Below are positions 27,395 to 41,335 of a stretch of DNA of 64,000 nt, in pieces (positions within the stretch are counted from its first letter, which is position 1; the number at the start of each line of letters is the position of its first letter). This stretch comes from Minicystis rosea (GTDB taxonomy: Bacteria; Myxococcota_A; Polyangia; Polyangiales; Polyangiaceae). The stretch is from the NCBI GenBank assembly GCA_001931535.1, contig CP016211.1, positions 4,631,573 through 4,695,572 of the forward strand, written 5' to 3'. Position numbers and translations under genes: made by a program. The notes below the pieces were generated by a model that was not told the DNA's origin, did not search any database, and saw nothing but the letters and a program-made list of their open reading frames with translations.

Positions 27395-29161
27395 ATGAGC
27401 ATCACACGCTTCGCCTTCACTGCCCTCCTCACGATCGCCGCCGGCGCCCTCGGCGCGGCCTCCTGCGCCAAGTCCGACCCGGTGAACAACAACACCGGGG
27501 GCAACGGTGGCAACGGCGGTCACGGTGCGGACTCGACCGGCACGTCCAGCGGCGGCGGCGAGCTGCCGACTTCGATCTGCTTGCTTCACAACTGCAGCGC
27601 CGACATCGAGTGCGAGGCCTGCACCGACGGGAAGAACACCTGCCTCGTCTCCGAGCACCGCTGCGTGGCGTGCGACTCCGGCTCGTCGACCGGCTGCTCC
27701 AACGGCGAGGTCTGTTCGAGCTGGGGCAACTGCACCCCGCCCGACCTCGAGTGCCCGACCGACAACGGCGTGCCGACGATCACCTGCAACACGAACGCGG
27801 ACTGCGGCGCCTGCGATCCGGCGCATCAGGTCTGTGATCCCGTGGCGCACAAGTGCGTGGCCTGCACGGGCAACGACACCACCCAGTGTCAATCGACGGA
27901 GACCTGCGGCTACGGCGACTGCGTGCCCAAGTGCCCGGCGGACTGCACCGCGGACGCGGACTGCGCGAGCTGCGGCGCGCCCGGCAACGAGGCTCATTTC
28001 TGCAACGCCCACAAGTGCAGCCAGTGCTCGCCGACGGCCGGCTGCGACGGCACGCTCTCCTGCGGCGTGCACGGCACCTGCGAGACGACGTGCGGCGTGA
28101 CGGGCGCGCCCACCGGGGATTGCCAGAGCGACGACGACTGCAAGGGCTGCGACGGCTCGGCGAACAAGTGTCACACGCCCATCGGCGGCGGGAAGGGCAC
28201 GTGCGGCCCGAGCGCGACGGGCTGCTCGGATCTCGGCAACGGCGTGGCCGTGCTCCCCTCGCCGTTCGACAAGGTGACGAACCTCTGCTCGAACGACACC
28301 GACTGCGCGAACGTCGGCGTCGACGTCAACGTCGGCAAGATCGTCCGCGATCTGACCGGCTTCGATCAGATCCACGACGCCGAGATCAAGTACCCGATGC
28401 ACGCCTGCGCGAGCGTCCAGATCACCGACGACAAGTCGTGCGGCGTGTGCGTGCCCTGCAAGGTCGACTCGGACTGCCAGGCGCTCGACATCGATCAGTT
28501 CGCCGGCGAGGCCTTCGGGCCGCTCGGCGCCATCGGCTCGGCGTTCCTGCTCGACCAGATCTTCGGGCCGAACGATCACAAGATCCACATGTACTGCGAG
28601 ACGATCGCGGCCGGTTACGGCGCCTGCGTCCCCTGCCCCGGCCTGCTCAACGAGTGCGCCGTCGGCGAGCCGCCGGCGAACAACGGCAACGCCTGCCACG
28701 ACGAGTGCACCGTCGGCGAGCCGCTCGGCGCGCAGTGCGGCGCGTGCGCCATCTCGGTGTGCGAGATCGATCCGTACTGCTGCACCGGCCAGTGGGATCG
28801 GACCTGCACGCAGGAGGTCGGCTACCAGTGCGAGAAGGCCTGCGAGGCCTGCGGCCAGAGCGACATGGGCGGCCACGACAAGTGCCAGGCCGGCGGCCCG
28901 CTGAAGGAGACCTGCTCGCCCTGCGTCGCCGCCGTCTGCGAGGCCAACGCGGCCTGCTGCACGACGAGCTGGGGCAACGACTGCATCGATCTCGTGCCGC
29001 AGTACTGCCAGAAGGCCTATCTCTGCCAGGGACAGTGCAACGACCCGACGCAGTGCAGCGGCAGCCAAGGCTGCCTCGCAGACTACACCTGCGGGCCCTG
29101 CTCGGCCGACTACGACTGCTTCCCCAAGACGTGCAACACGCAGAACGGCCAGTGCCAGTGA
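27395..29161 (+). CDS. Cysteine-rich repeat lipoprotein (myxobacterial Cys-repeat type)
   Basis: ATG 27395. Signal/lipobox LTIAAGALGAASC. About 100 Cys in repeated C-x-x-C-x-x-x-x-x-C modules. Ends NGQCQ. Confidence 0.75.
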   Translation: MSITRFAFTALLTIAAGALGAASCAKSDPVNNNTGGNGGNGGHGADSTGTSSGGGELPTSICLLHNCSADIECEACTDGKNTCLVSEHRCVACDSGSSTGCSNGEVCSSWGNCTPPDLECPTDNGVPTITCNTNADCGACDPAHQVCDPVAHKCVACTGNDTTQCQSTETCGYGDCVPKCPADCTADADCASCGAPGNEAHFCNAHKCSQCSPTAGCDGTLSCGVHGTCETTCGVTGAPTGDCQSDDDCKGCDGSANKCHTPIGGGKGTCGPSATGCSDLGNGVAVLPSPFDKVTNLCSNDTDCANVGVDVNVGKIVRDLTGFDQIHDAEIKYPMHACASVQITDDKSCGVCVPCKVDSDCQALDIDQFAGEAFGPLGAIGSAFLLDQIFGPNDHKIHMYCETIAAGYGACVPCPGLLNECAVGEPPANNGNACHDECTVGEPLGAQCGACAISVCEIDPYCCTGQWDRTCTQEVGYQCEKACEACGQSDMGGHDKCQAGGPLKETCSPCVAAVCEANAACCTTSWGNDCIDLVPQYCQKAYLCQGQCNDPTQCSGSQGCLADYTCGPCSADYDCFPKTCNTQNGQCQ

Positions 29162-29263
29162 GCGCGTAGAAACGAGCCGAGCCCATCGACGATGCGATGG
29201 GCTCGACGCGAAACGCTCACCTCGAAGCCACCGGATCACGCCGGTGGCTTCGTCGTTTCAGGC

Positions 29264-30946
29264 TCACTTCTTCGAGCAGGAGAAGGCGTCGCCGCGCTTG
29301 CAACCGAGCGCGAAGAGCTCCTTGGCGGACTCCGCGTTCTGCGCGGACGCCACGTGCGCGCAATCGTCTTCCATGTCGGCGAAGCGGTCGAGCGCGGTGC
29401 CGCCCTTCTTCAGCGCGGGCCTGAGCGCCTTGAAGGCGGCGCTGCATTCGGCCGTCGGGGAGCGCACCGCGCCGCCGAGCGCGCACGCCTCCGCGATGCC
29501 ACCGGTGCAGGCACGGAGGAGATAGGACGCGGTCCGCTTGGCGCGCTCTTCGGGGGCGAGCGCGAGGCGGTTGTTGCCCATCAGCTCCGACGACAGGAAG
29601 AGGCACGCGAGCGCGTTGCCGCGATCGCAGCCGAGGCCGACGATGTCGGTGAGCTTGCCGGCGTCGGCGGGGATCCGAACGCTGGCCTGCTCTTCCTTCG
29701 CGAAGATCGCGTCGCTGTACGTGAGCACGGCCCAGTTGCACGCGATGGTGTCGCCGCCGCGGCAGCCCTTCGTGATGAGCTCCACGAACCCCGGGACCTG
29801 CGCGTTCTCGGGCAGCAGGTCGGAGGATCCCTTGGCGACGAGGTGGGCGTACGCGGCCGCCGTGCAGGCGGCCGGCTCGTCCTTTTCGCATGCGTCGCGG
29901 AGCGGCGCTTCCAGCCCACCCAGCGCGGCCGCGATCTCGTCGCGCTTGGCCTTCTCGAGCCCATACCGGCCGTTGTCGAAACGCGCGATCAGCGCCGCCG
30001 AGAAGCGGCCGCAGCTCGCGGCGCTGCCGGCGCGGCATTGCACCTTGCAGCCCTCGGCGTCGCCCGGCGCGCAGGCCGGGGCCTTCACCTCGGCGGCGGG
30101 CAGACAAGCACCATCGGCATAGGCATATCCCTTGGCGCACGATCGAGCGTCCTTGTGCGGGCGCGCCTTCTTCGTGGGCTTGCCGTCCTTGATGGCGAAG
30201 AGCGACACGCGCACGAGCGCCTTGCAGCCTTCGGTCTTGGATCGCGCCGCGTCGGAGGCGCCGTCGCAGGCCTTGAGATCTCCGTCGCTCGTGTCGGTGG
30301 CGCGCGAGGTATCGCCGCTTGCGCCGGCCTTGCCGTACTTGAACACGTCGGCGGCGACCTTGGCCTCGCCGGCCGCGCTGGTGCCGAGCGCGAAGGCGCC
30401 GAGCGAGGCCTCGAAGACGAAGTGCGTGGCGCCGTCGCAACGGCCCTTGAGCATGTCGCGCGTGACGTCCTGCACCGTGGTGGATTCATTGCCCACGACG
30501 GCGTAGGCGAGGTCGAGCGATTTGCCCTGCTTGAGCTCGGCCTGCACGCTCACGGGCAGCATGGTGGGACCGAAGTTGGCGCTGACGGCGGCTTGGTCCT
30601 TGAGCTTGACGACCTTGGTCTTCTTCGAGACGCCGCGATAGGCATACTCGCCGGCGACGCTGCAGCCCTTGAGGATCTCGACGCCTTCGCACGAGTACTT
30701 CACCACGGCGACGCCGCGGTCCATGGCGGACTCGAGCGACGATCGATCCTTGTCGGACCAATCGACGACGAAGGGCTCGGAGTCGCCCGCGGCATGCTTG
30801 GGATCACACGCGCGCTCGCCGACGGCGGTGCGGGCGCTGTCCTCCTGCGGGCGGACGGCGCTCGCGCCGCCGGCGCAGGCGGCGAGGAAGAGAGAGGCAG
30901 TGGCGAGGACGAAGCGGCGATCCGTGTTCATCGAGGTCGTTCCCAT
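29264..30946 (-). CDS. Hypothetical lipoprotein (560 aa, Cys-containing periplasmic protein)
   Basis: ATG 30946 (or 30931). Signal/lipobox FVLATASLFLAAC. Codon-biased throughout. The long N-terminal extension of ORF 29264..31819 is a non-coding artefact. Confidence 0.6.
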   Translation of the reverse strand: MGTTSMNTDRRFVLATASLFLAACAGGASAVRPQEDSARTAVGERACDPKHAAGDSEPFVVDWSDKDRSSLESAMDRGVAVVKYSCEGVEILKGCSVAGEYAYRGVSKKTKVVKLKDQAAVSANFGPTMLPVSVQAELKQGKSLDLAYAVVGNESTTVQDVTRDMLKGRCDGATHFVFEASLGAFALGTSAAGEAKVAADVFKYGKAGASGDTSRATDTSDGDLKACDGASDAARSKTEGCKALVRVSLFAIKDGKPTKKARPHKDARSCAKGYAYADGACLPAAEVKAPACAPGDAEGCKVQCRAGSAASCGRFSAALIARFDNGRYGLEKAKRDEIAAALGGLEAPLRDACEKDEPAACTAAAYAHLVAKGSSDLLPENAQVPGFVELITKGCRGGDTIACNWAVLTYSDAIFAKEEQASVRIPADAGKLTDIVGLGCDRGNALACLFLSSELMGNNRLALAPEERAKRTASYLLRACTGGIAEACALGGAVRSPTAECSAAFKALRPALKKGGTALDRFADMEDDCAHVASAQNAESAKELFALGCKRGDAFSCSKK

Positions 30947-31081
30947 TTCTCGGCGCCGCGAATGCGACGCGGAAGATCCGGGTTTCGCCCGCCACGCGAA
31001 GATCGGCCAGAACGCCTGTCTGAAATGATCTGACACCTTCGGCGCGGCCCGCGGGGACAGCGCACCTCGCTCTCGAATAGA

Positions 31082-32314
31082 GTGGTCGATTGCATGCCAC
31101 CTTGGCTCGATCGCTATCAGCGGCCATTTCCCATTCGAGCGCGGGGGCCTTTTCATCTCATCTCGGCAGCACGCGTCGCGGACGGGCGGCCCGTGGTGGT
31201 GGTGGTGCCGGGCCCGGGCGCGAATCGAGCGCTCGTCGCCGAGGCGTTTTCCGAGGTGGAGCGGGTGCATCAGCTCGTCGAGCACCCGCGGCTCCCGCGC
31301 GTGAGCGCGCGCGGCGTCATCGAGGACACTCCCTATCTGGAGCTCGATTGCGACGCGGTGGTCGACGGCGTCGACATGGTCCGCCTCTTCGCCGACGGCG
31401 AGACGAAGATCCCGTACGCCGCGGCCGACGGCTTCATCGTGAGCTTGCGCGACGTCCTCGAGGCGGCGCACGCGGTGACGTGCCCGCGCACGGGCGGGCC
31501 CATCTGCTTGGGCCGCCTCTCGACGGCCAACGTGCTCTTCGCGCCCAGCGGGCAATGGTACCTGGTCGGGCTCGGGCGCAATTTCCCGCTGGAAAAAGAG
31601 GGCGGCGGCGTCGACGGCTGGGTCACGTCCTTCCAGGCGCCCGAGATCTCGGCCGGCGCCGAGCCTTCGCCGATGGGCGATTACCTGGCGCTGTTGCTCT
31701 TCATGCGCTCGCTCGCGTCGTACGTGGAGATGAGCGACACCATCGCGCGCATGCTCCGCGGCGACGTGCGCGCCGGTGACCTGGAGCTGCTCGAGCGCAT
31801 TCGCTGGTTCGATCAGCACGTCATCGTGGCCCCGCCGACGCTGCGTCCGTCACTGCAAGAAGCGATCGCCGTCTCCGATCGGGTGCGCGAGCTGCTCGGC
31901 GAGGCCCCCGATCCGGCGCGGTTCGCGGCCTTCGTGGCCACGCACTTGGAGCGCTGGGAAGAGCCCGTGAGCTTCGACGAGAGCGAGCCGAGCGGCCCGC
32001 TCGCGCTCGCGCTCGGCCCCGATGGCGCCTGGCTCGCGGGCCCGGACGGCGATCGACACCGCCTCGGCCGCGCGTTGCGACGCATCGTGATGGCGTTGGT
32101 GAAGCGCCACCTCGAAGCACCGGGAGCGGCGCTGACGATGTGGGAGCTGCTCGAGGTCGGCTGGCCCGGCGAGGAGCCCATCCCCGCGGCCGGCGCGAAC
32201 CGCGTGTACGCGGCCCTCGCGCGCCTGCGCCGCATGGGCCTGCGCGACGCGCTGGAGCGCTTCGAGGACGGCTATCGCCTCGCGCCTCGCACCGTGGTGC
32301 GCATGGTGGATTGA
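31082..32314 (+). CDS. Hypothetical regulatory protein with an OmpR/PhoB-type winged-helix C-terminus
   Basis: C-terminal ANRVYAALARLRRMGLRDALERFEDGYRLAP resembles the Trans_reg_C recognition wing. The N-terminal domain has no clear family. Alternative start at 31094. Confidence 0.5.
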   Translation: MVDCMPPWLDRYQRPFPIRARGPFHLISAARVADGRPVVVVVPGPGANRALVAEAFSEVERVHQLVEHPRLPRVSARGVIEDTPYLELDCDAVVDGVDMVRLFADGETKIPYAAADGFIVSLRDVLEAAHAVTCPRTGGPICLGRLSTANVLFAPSGQWYLVGLGRNFPLEKEGGGVDGWVTSFQAPEISAGAEPSPMGDYLALLLFMRSLASYVEMSDTIARMLRGDVRAGDLELLERIRWFDQHVIVAPPTLRPSLQEAIAVSDRVRELLGEAPDPARFAAFVATHLERWEEPVSFDESEPSGPLALALGPDGAWLAGPDGDRHRLGRALRRIVMALVKRHLEAPGAALTMWELLEVGWPGEEPIPAAGANRVYAALARLRRMGLRDALERFEDGYRLAPRTVVRMVD

Positions 32315-32531
32315 GCGCGCATTCGTTTGAGCACCAACGAATTCGAAGTCGACGGCGAAGCGTGCGGCCTGCGACGGATGGCGACGCAAACCTCGCTTCT
32401 CCGACGTCTCCGCGCCCTACGACGTTGCGAAGATCGCGGCTCGAAAAGAACGAAAGGCGGTGACTCTCGCCACCGCCTTCCTTGGTTTGCGACCGGCGGC
32501 GACACGAGGTCACCGCCTTCGCCGAGCGCGC

Positions 32532-34637
<2,106 letters not shown>

Positions 34638-35031
34638 ATGGTCGTCCTACGGCCGCGCAGCAAGCGGAATCGCGAACCGGGGGGTCGCCACGCGCCCCCA
34701 GGCCTTTTTTCCGGGCCTTGCTGCAGCGCGCCAGCCCCCCGGCAACCACGATCTTCTCGATCGCCGGGATGACCTGCATCGTCGCGGCGGCGAGCGAGCG
34801 GCGACGGTGCCACGAGCGGCCCGCCCTCTCGATCGCGCCCCCAAACGCGCTGCCACCACCATCGTTCGCGCGGCGCGAAAGCCTGGACGCGATGGTGAGC
34901 CCCAATCTCCTTGATGCCCTCTTCGCGGGCGATGTAACGATCCAGCGAATCCATCCTCAGGGAAGCGGCCTCGCGGACGACGCGACTGCCCAATCGGGCA
35001 CGGCATCGACAAGCGCTCCTCGGCTGGCGAC

Positions 35032-37059
35032 GTGACACGCACCATGACCGAACGCAAGAAGGAGCCTGCGGAAGGCGCGCTCGAAGAGGAAAAGCTCTCG
35101 CGACGTGACCTGGAAAAGCTCGGCGTCGCTGCCGGCATTTCGCTGCTCACCGGCTGCACCGGCACCACGGATCGCTTTCGCCCGGCGCCCATCGAGGTCA
35201 CCTGCAAGCCCGCGCGCGATACCGAGGTCGACTACGTGGTGGTCGGCTCCGGCGCCGGCGGCGGCCCCGTCGCATGCAACCTCGCGCGCGCCGGCTTCAA
35301 GGTCGTGCTGCTCGAGGCCGGCGGCGATCCCACGTCGTGGTCGCGCGAGGTCCCCGCGCTTCATCCAGCCGCGGCCGAAGATCCCGAGATGCGTTGGGAC
35401 TTCTTCGTGCGCACGTACGCCGACGAAGCGCAGCAGCGCCGCAACGGCAAGTTCGTGGCCGGAGAGAAAGGCATTCTCTATCCGCGCGCTGGCACGCTCG
35501 GCGGCTGCACCGCGCACAACGCGCTCATCACCATCTACCCGCACAACCGCGATTGGGACGAGATCGCGGAGACCTTCGGCGATCCGAGCTGGAGCGCCGA
35601 GCGGATGCGCACGTACTTCGAGCGCCTCGAGCACTGCGACTACGCGCCGAAGAGCCGCGTGCCCGGCCCTTCGCGCCACGGCTTCGACGGCTGGCTGCAT
35701 ACGAACGTCGCCAATCCGTGGCTCGCGGTGAAGGACCCGGGCCTCCGCGCCATCGTCACCGCGGCCTTCGAGGAAGCGGGCCAGATCAACCATCACCAGA
35801 TCGCCGACGCCGTGCGGATGGTCTTCCGATCGGATCAAGCCCTCTGGGATCCGAACGACTGGCGCGTGGTGAAGACCGTGCCCGAAGGCATGATGTTCGT
35901 GCCGCTCCACGTGAACAACGGCACGCGCGCCAGCACCCGCGAGTACGTGCGCGCCGTCGCGGCCTCGTGCCCGAACCATCTCCAAGTGGAGCTCCATGCG
36001 CTCGCGACGCGGGTGATCTTCGACGATCAGAACCGAGCCGTCGGCATCGAATACCTGAAAGGCCAGAAGCTCTACCGCGCCTCGTCGAGCCCCGACGCGC
36101 ATCCCGAGGCAGGCGAGCGGCGCACCCTTCGCGTCCGGCGCGAGGTCATCCTCTGCGGCGGCGTCTTCAACAGCCCGCAGCTCTTGATGCTCTCGGGCAT
36201 CGGCCCGCGCGCCGAGCTCGCGCGCCATGGAATCGAGACGCGCGTCGATCTCCCCGGCGTGGGCAAGAACCTCCAAGATCGCTACGAGATCGGCGTCGTC
36301 AGCGAGATGGCGGAAGACTTCCCCGTGCTCTCCGGCGCGCAGCTCGCCGCGCCCGATCCCGCGGCGCCCGATCCGAGCCTGCGCGAGTGGTGGTTCGATC
36401 GCACCGGCCCGTACTCGACCAACGGCGTGGTGGGCGCGCTCATCAAGAAGTCGAAGCCCACGCGGCCCGTGCCCGATCTGTTCCTCTTCGGGTTGGTGGG
36501 CAACTTCAAGGGCTATTACCCCGGCTACGCCCGCGATCTCTCGGCGGACCATCGCCACTTCACCTGGGGCGTGCTCAAGGCGCACACGAACAACACCGCC
36601 GGCGAAGTGCGCCTCCGCTCCGCCGATCCGCGCGATCGACCCGAGATCGATTTCCACTACTTCAAAGAAGGATCACCGGGTGCCGAGGAAGATCTCGAGG
36701 CCGTCGTCGAAGGCGTCGTGACGGTGCGGCGGCTGATGGCGCGGGCCAAGGGCCTCGTGAAGCGCGAGATCGTCCCTGGCCCCGAGGTGAGCACGCGCGC
36801 CGACATCGCCCGCTTCGTGCGCGATCACGCGTGGGGCCACCACGCCTCGTGCAGCAACAAGATGGGCCCGAAGAGCGATCCGATGGCCGTCGTCGATCAG
36901 CGCTTCCGCGTCCACGGGACGCGCGGGCTCAGGATCGTGGACGCGTCCATCTTCCCCCGCATCCCGGGGTTCTTCATCGTCACGTCGGTGTACATGGTGG
37001 CCGAGAAAGCGAGCGACGTGATCATCGAGGACGCGCTCGCCTCCGCGCAGGGTGCGTGA
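35032..37059 (+). CDS. GMC-family FAD oxidoreductase with a Tat signal
   Basis: [20 protein letters not shown] (twin-arginine). [19 protein letters not shown] (FAD GxGxxG). C-terminal GMC motif [17 protein letters not shown]. Confidence 0.85.
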   Translation: MTRTMTERKKEPAEGALEEEKLSRRDLEKLGVAAGISLLTGCTGTTDRFRPAPIEVTCKPARDTEVDYVVVGSGAGGGPVACNLARAGFKVVLLEAGGDPTSWSREVPALHPAAAEDPEMRWDFFVRTYADEAQQRRNGKFVAGEKGILYPRAGTLGGCTAHNALITIYPHNRDWDEIAETFGDPSWSAERMRTYFERLEHCDYAPKSRVPGPSRHGFDGWLHTNVANPWLAVKDPGLRAIVTAAFEEAGQINHHQIADAVRMVFRSDQALWDPNDWRVVKTVPEGMMFVPLHVNNGTRASTREYVRAVAASCPNHLQVELHALATRVIFDDQNRAVGIEYLKGQKLYRASSSPDAHPEAGERRTLRVRREVILCGGVFNSPQLLMLSGIGPRAELARHGIETRVDLPGVGKNLQDRYEIGVVSEMAEDFPVLSGAQLAAPDPAAPDPSLREWWFDRTGPYSTNGVVGALIKKSKPTRPVPDLFLFGLVGNFKGYYPGYARDLSADHRHFTWGVLKAHTNNTAGEVRLRSADPRDRPEIDFHYFKEGSPGAEEDLEAVVEGVVTVRRLMARAKGLVKREIVPGPEVSTRADIARFVRDHAWGHHASCSNKMGPKSDPMAVVDQRFRVHGTRGLRIVDASIFPRIPGFFIVTSVYMVAEKASDVIIEDALASAQGA

Positions 37060-37231
37060 CGAGGGCCCGCGGCACCGCGCGGCAGCGCGATGGGCGCCCA
37101 GGAAATCGAGGAGAGCTCGCTTCGCTCCACAGCGTCGTCGCGCCGTCGCGCCGACGTGCACCGCGACGAGATCCGCGAACGATCGACGGCGGGCATCGAC
37201 AATTCCGTGCGGTGATCTACAACGCGCTCAC

Positions 37232-37633
37232 ATGCCCGAAGCCCCGCCCAACCCGTACGACATCATCGGCGGCGAAGCCGTCGTCCGCCGCCTCGTGGAG
37301 CGCTTCTACGACGCCATGGGCCGCGACGAGCCGGCCCTCGCGCGCCTGCACCGCTGCGACGCCGACGGCAACGTCTCCCGCGAGAGTCGGGATCGCTTCG
37401 CGCTCTTCCTCATCGGCTGGCTCGGCGGCCCGCAGGACTACATCGCGGCGCATGGGCACCCGCGCCTCCGCATGCGACACGCCCACGTGCCGGTCGACAT
37501 CGCCATGCGCGACGCGTGGCTGCGCGCCATGTCCACGGCGCTCGACGAAGAGGGCGTCGACGCCGCGCTCCGCGGCTTCCTCGAAGCGCGCTTCGCCGAG
37601 GTCGCGGACTTCATGCGCAACCGACCCGAGTGA
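37232..37633 (+). CDS. glbO: Group II truncated haemoglobin (trHbO-like)
   Basis: ATG 37232, 133 aa. [21 protein letters not shown]..., [31 protein letters not shown]: the trHb 2-on-2 fold signature with a proximal His. Confidence 0.8.
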   Translation: MPEAPPNPYDIIGGEAVVRRLVERFYDAMGRDEPALARLHRCDADGNVSRESRDRFALFLIGWLGGPQDYIAAHGHPRLRMRHAHVPVDIAMRDAWLRAMSTALDEEGVDAALRGFLEARFAEVADFMRNRPE

Positions 37634-37802
37634 TCTCGTTTGGGCGGCGAGCGGCCGCGAGCAGGGTGCGCCGCCCGTCGCGTCCGCCCGGGCGGAACGT
37701 CCTCGCGCGCCCGCGCACAGTATCGTAGATTCCGCCGCCCCAGCGCCGCCGGTCAGATTTCTGGCAGAAGGCACTGAGGCCCCTTTCCCCCCGGAACGCG
37801 CC

Positions 37803-40112
<2,310 letters not shown>

Positions 40113-40134
40113 GCGAGCCGCCCGCGATGCGTCG

Positions 40135-40162
40135 CAGCGCCCGCCCGCTGCGACGCTCGTGA
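40135..40162 (+). terminator. GC-rich hairpin downstream of glnS (candidate intrinsic terminator without a U-tract)
   Basis: gcgtcgcagcg-cccgcc-cgctgcgacgc: an 11-bp perfect stem with a 6-nt loop, 23 nt after the glnS stop. Confidence 0.3.
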
Positions 40163-40277
40163 GCACGCTCCAGCCGCGGCACTCCGCCACATCGACGTCG
40201 AGCACGCATGACGCCGCTCGTGGGTTCGCGCCCGCGGGCGGTGGAGCAGCGCGCGTCGCGAAGGTACCGTTCCGATC

Positions 40278-41177
40278 ATGAACGAGCTGGAACGCTACCT
40301 CGCCGAAGAGATCGCGCTCGACCACGCCGACGGGCACATCACGCGTAGAGAGGCGCTGCATCGGCTCGGCCTCATGGGCATCGGCGCCACGAGCGCGGGC
40401 GCGTTGCTCGCGGCGTGCGAGAAGCCGCCCACGGCCGGGCCAACGAGCGCTCCTGCGAGCGCGGCGCCGGTCGCCCCGACGAGCGCGGCCGGCGGCCCGG
40501 CGCCCGAGTCCATCACCTTCCCGGGCTCCGATAAAAACACGCTGCAAGGCGCGTGGGCGGCGCCTGCGCGACCGCGGGGCGCGGTCCTGATCATTCACGA
40601 GAACAAGGGGCTCACGGCGCACCATCGCGGGCTCACGGGGCGCTTCGCGGCCGCGGGATATGCCGCGCTCGCCATCGATCTGCTCTCCGAGGAGGGCGGC
40701 ACGGCGGCGCTCGGCGAGCCTGCCAATGCGACGGCACCGCTCTCGAAGGTGCCGCCGGCGCGCTTCGTCGCCGACATGAGGAGCGGCCTCGACGAGCTCG
40801 CGCGGCGCGCGCCGAAGGTGAAGCTCGGCGCCGTGGGCTTCTGCTTCGGAGGTGGCATGACGTGGCGGCTGATCGCGTCGAAGGACGAGCGCCTCGCCGC
40901 CGCCGCGCCGTTCTACGGGCCGCTGCCCGAGGGCGCCGACTTCACCGGATCGCACGCGGCGGTGCTCGGGATCTATGCGGAGCTCGACAATCGCGTGAAC
41001 GCCACCCGCGACGCCGCGGAGGCGGCGCTCACCAAGGCCGGGCTCACCCACGAGATCGTCACCTTCCCCGGGGTCGATCACGCGTTCTTCAACGACGCGG
41101 GGCCACGCTACAACAAGGATGCGGCCGAGAAGGCTTGGGCCAAGCTCCTCGACTGGTACGGCAAGTATCTCGGCTGA
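40278..41177 (+). CDS. Dienelactone hydrolase-family protein with a Tat signal
   Basis: TRREALHRLGLMGIGATSAGALLAAC. DLH core IHENKGL...GAVGFCFGG...DHAFFN. Confidence 0.8.
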   Translation: MNELERYLAEEIALDHADGHITRREALHRLGLMGIGATSAGALLAACEKPPTAGPTSAPASAAPVAPTSAAGGPAPESITFPGSDKNTLQGAWAAPARPRGAVLIIHENKGLTAHHRGLTGRFAAAGYAALAIDLLSEEGGTAALGEPANATAPLSKVPPARFVADMRSGLDELARRAPKVKLGAVGFCFGGGMTWRLIASKDERLAAAAPFYGPLPEGADFTGSHAAVLGIYAELDNRVNATRDAAEAALTKAGLTHEIVTFPGVDHAFFNDAGPRYNKDAAEKAWAKLLDWYGKYLG

Positions 41178-41335
41178 GGATCACGCTTCACGGCGATGGG
41201 CGCGACGCGCCCGAGCGCGTGAGGATGTCGCCGCCACAGAGCTGCGGAAGAGCACACTCGCATCGCGATCATGCGCCAGGATGCGCGTTCGAGTCGTCAC
41301 GAAGGCGACCGCCACACCTCGGGCAGCGCGACGCT

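Noticed and set aside
35274-37802. Upstream 843-codon extension of the glnS reading frame (1612-aa ORF)
   Set aside because: It overlaps the well-supported GMC oxidoreductase and trHb genes in other frames. GlnRS homology starts at ATG 37803.
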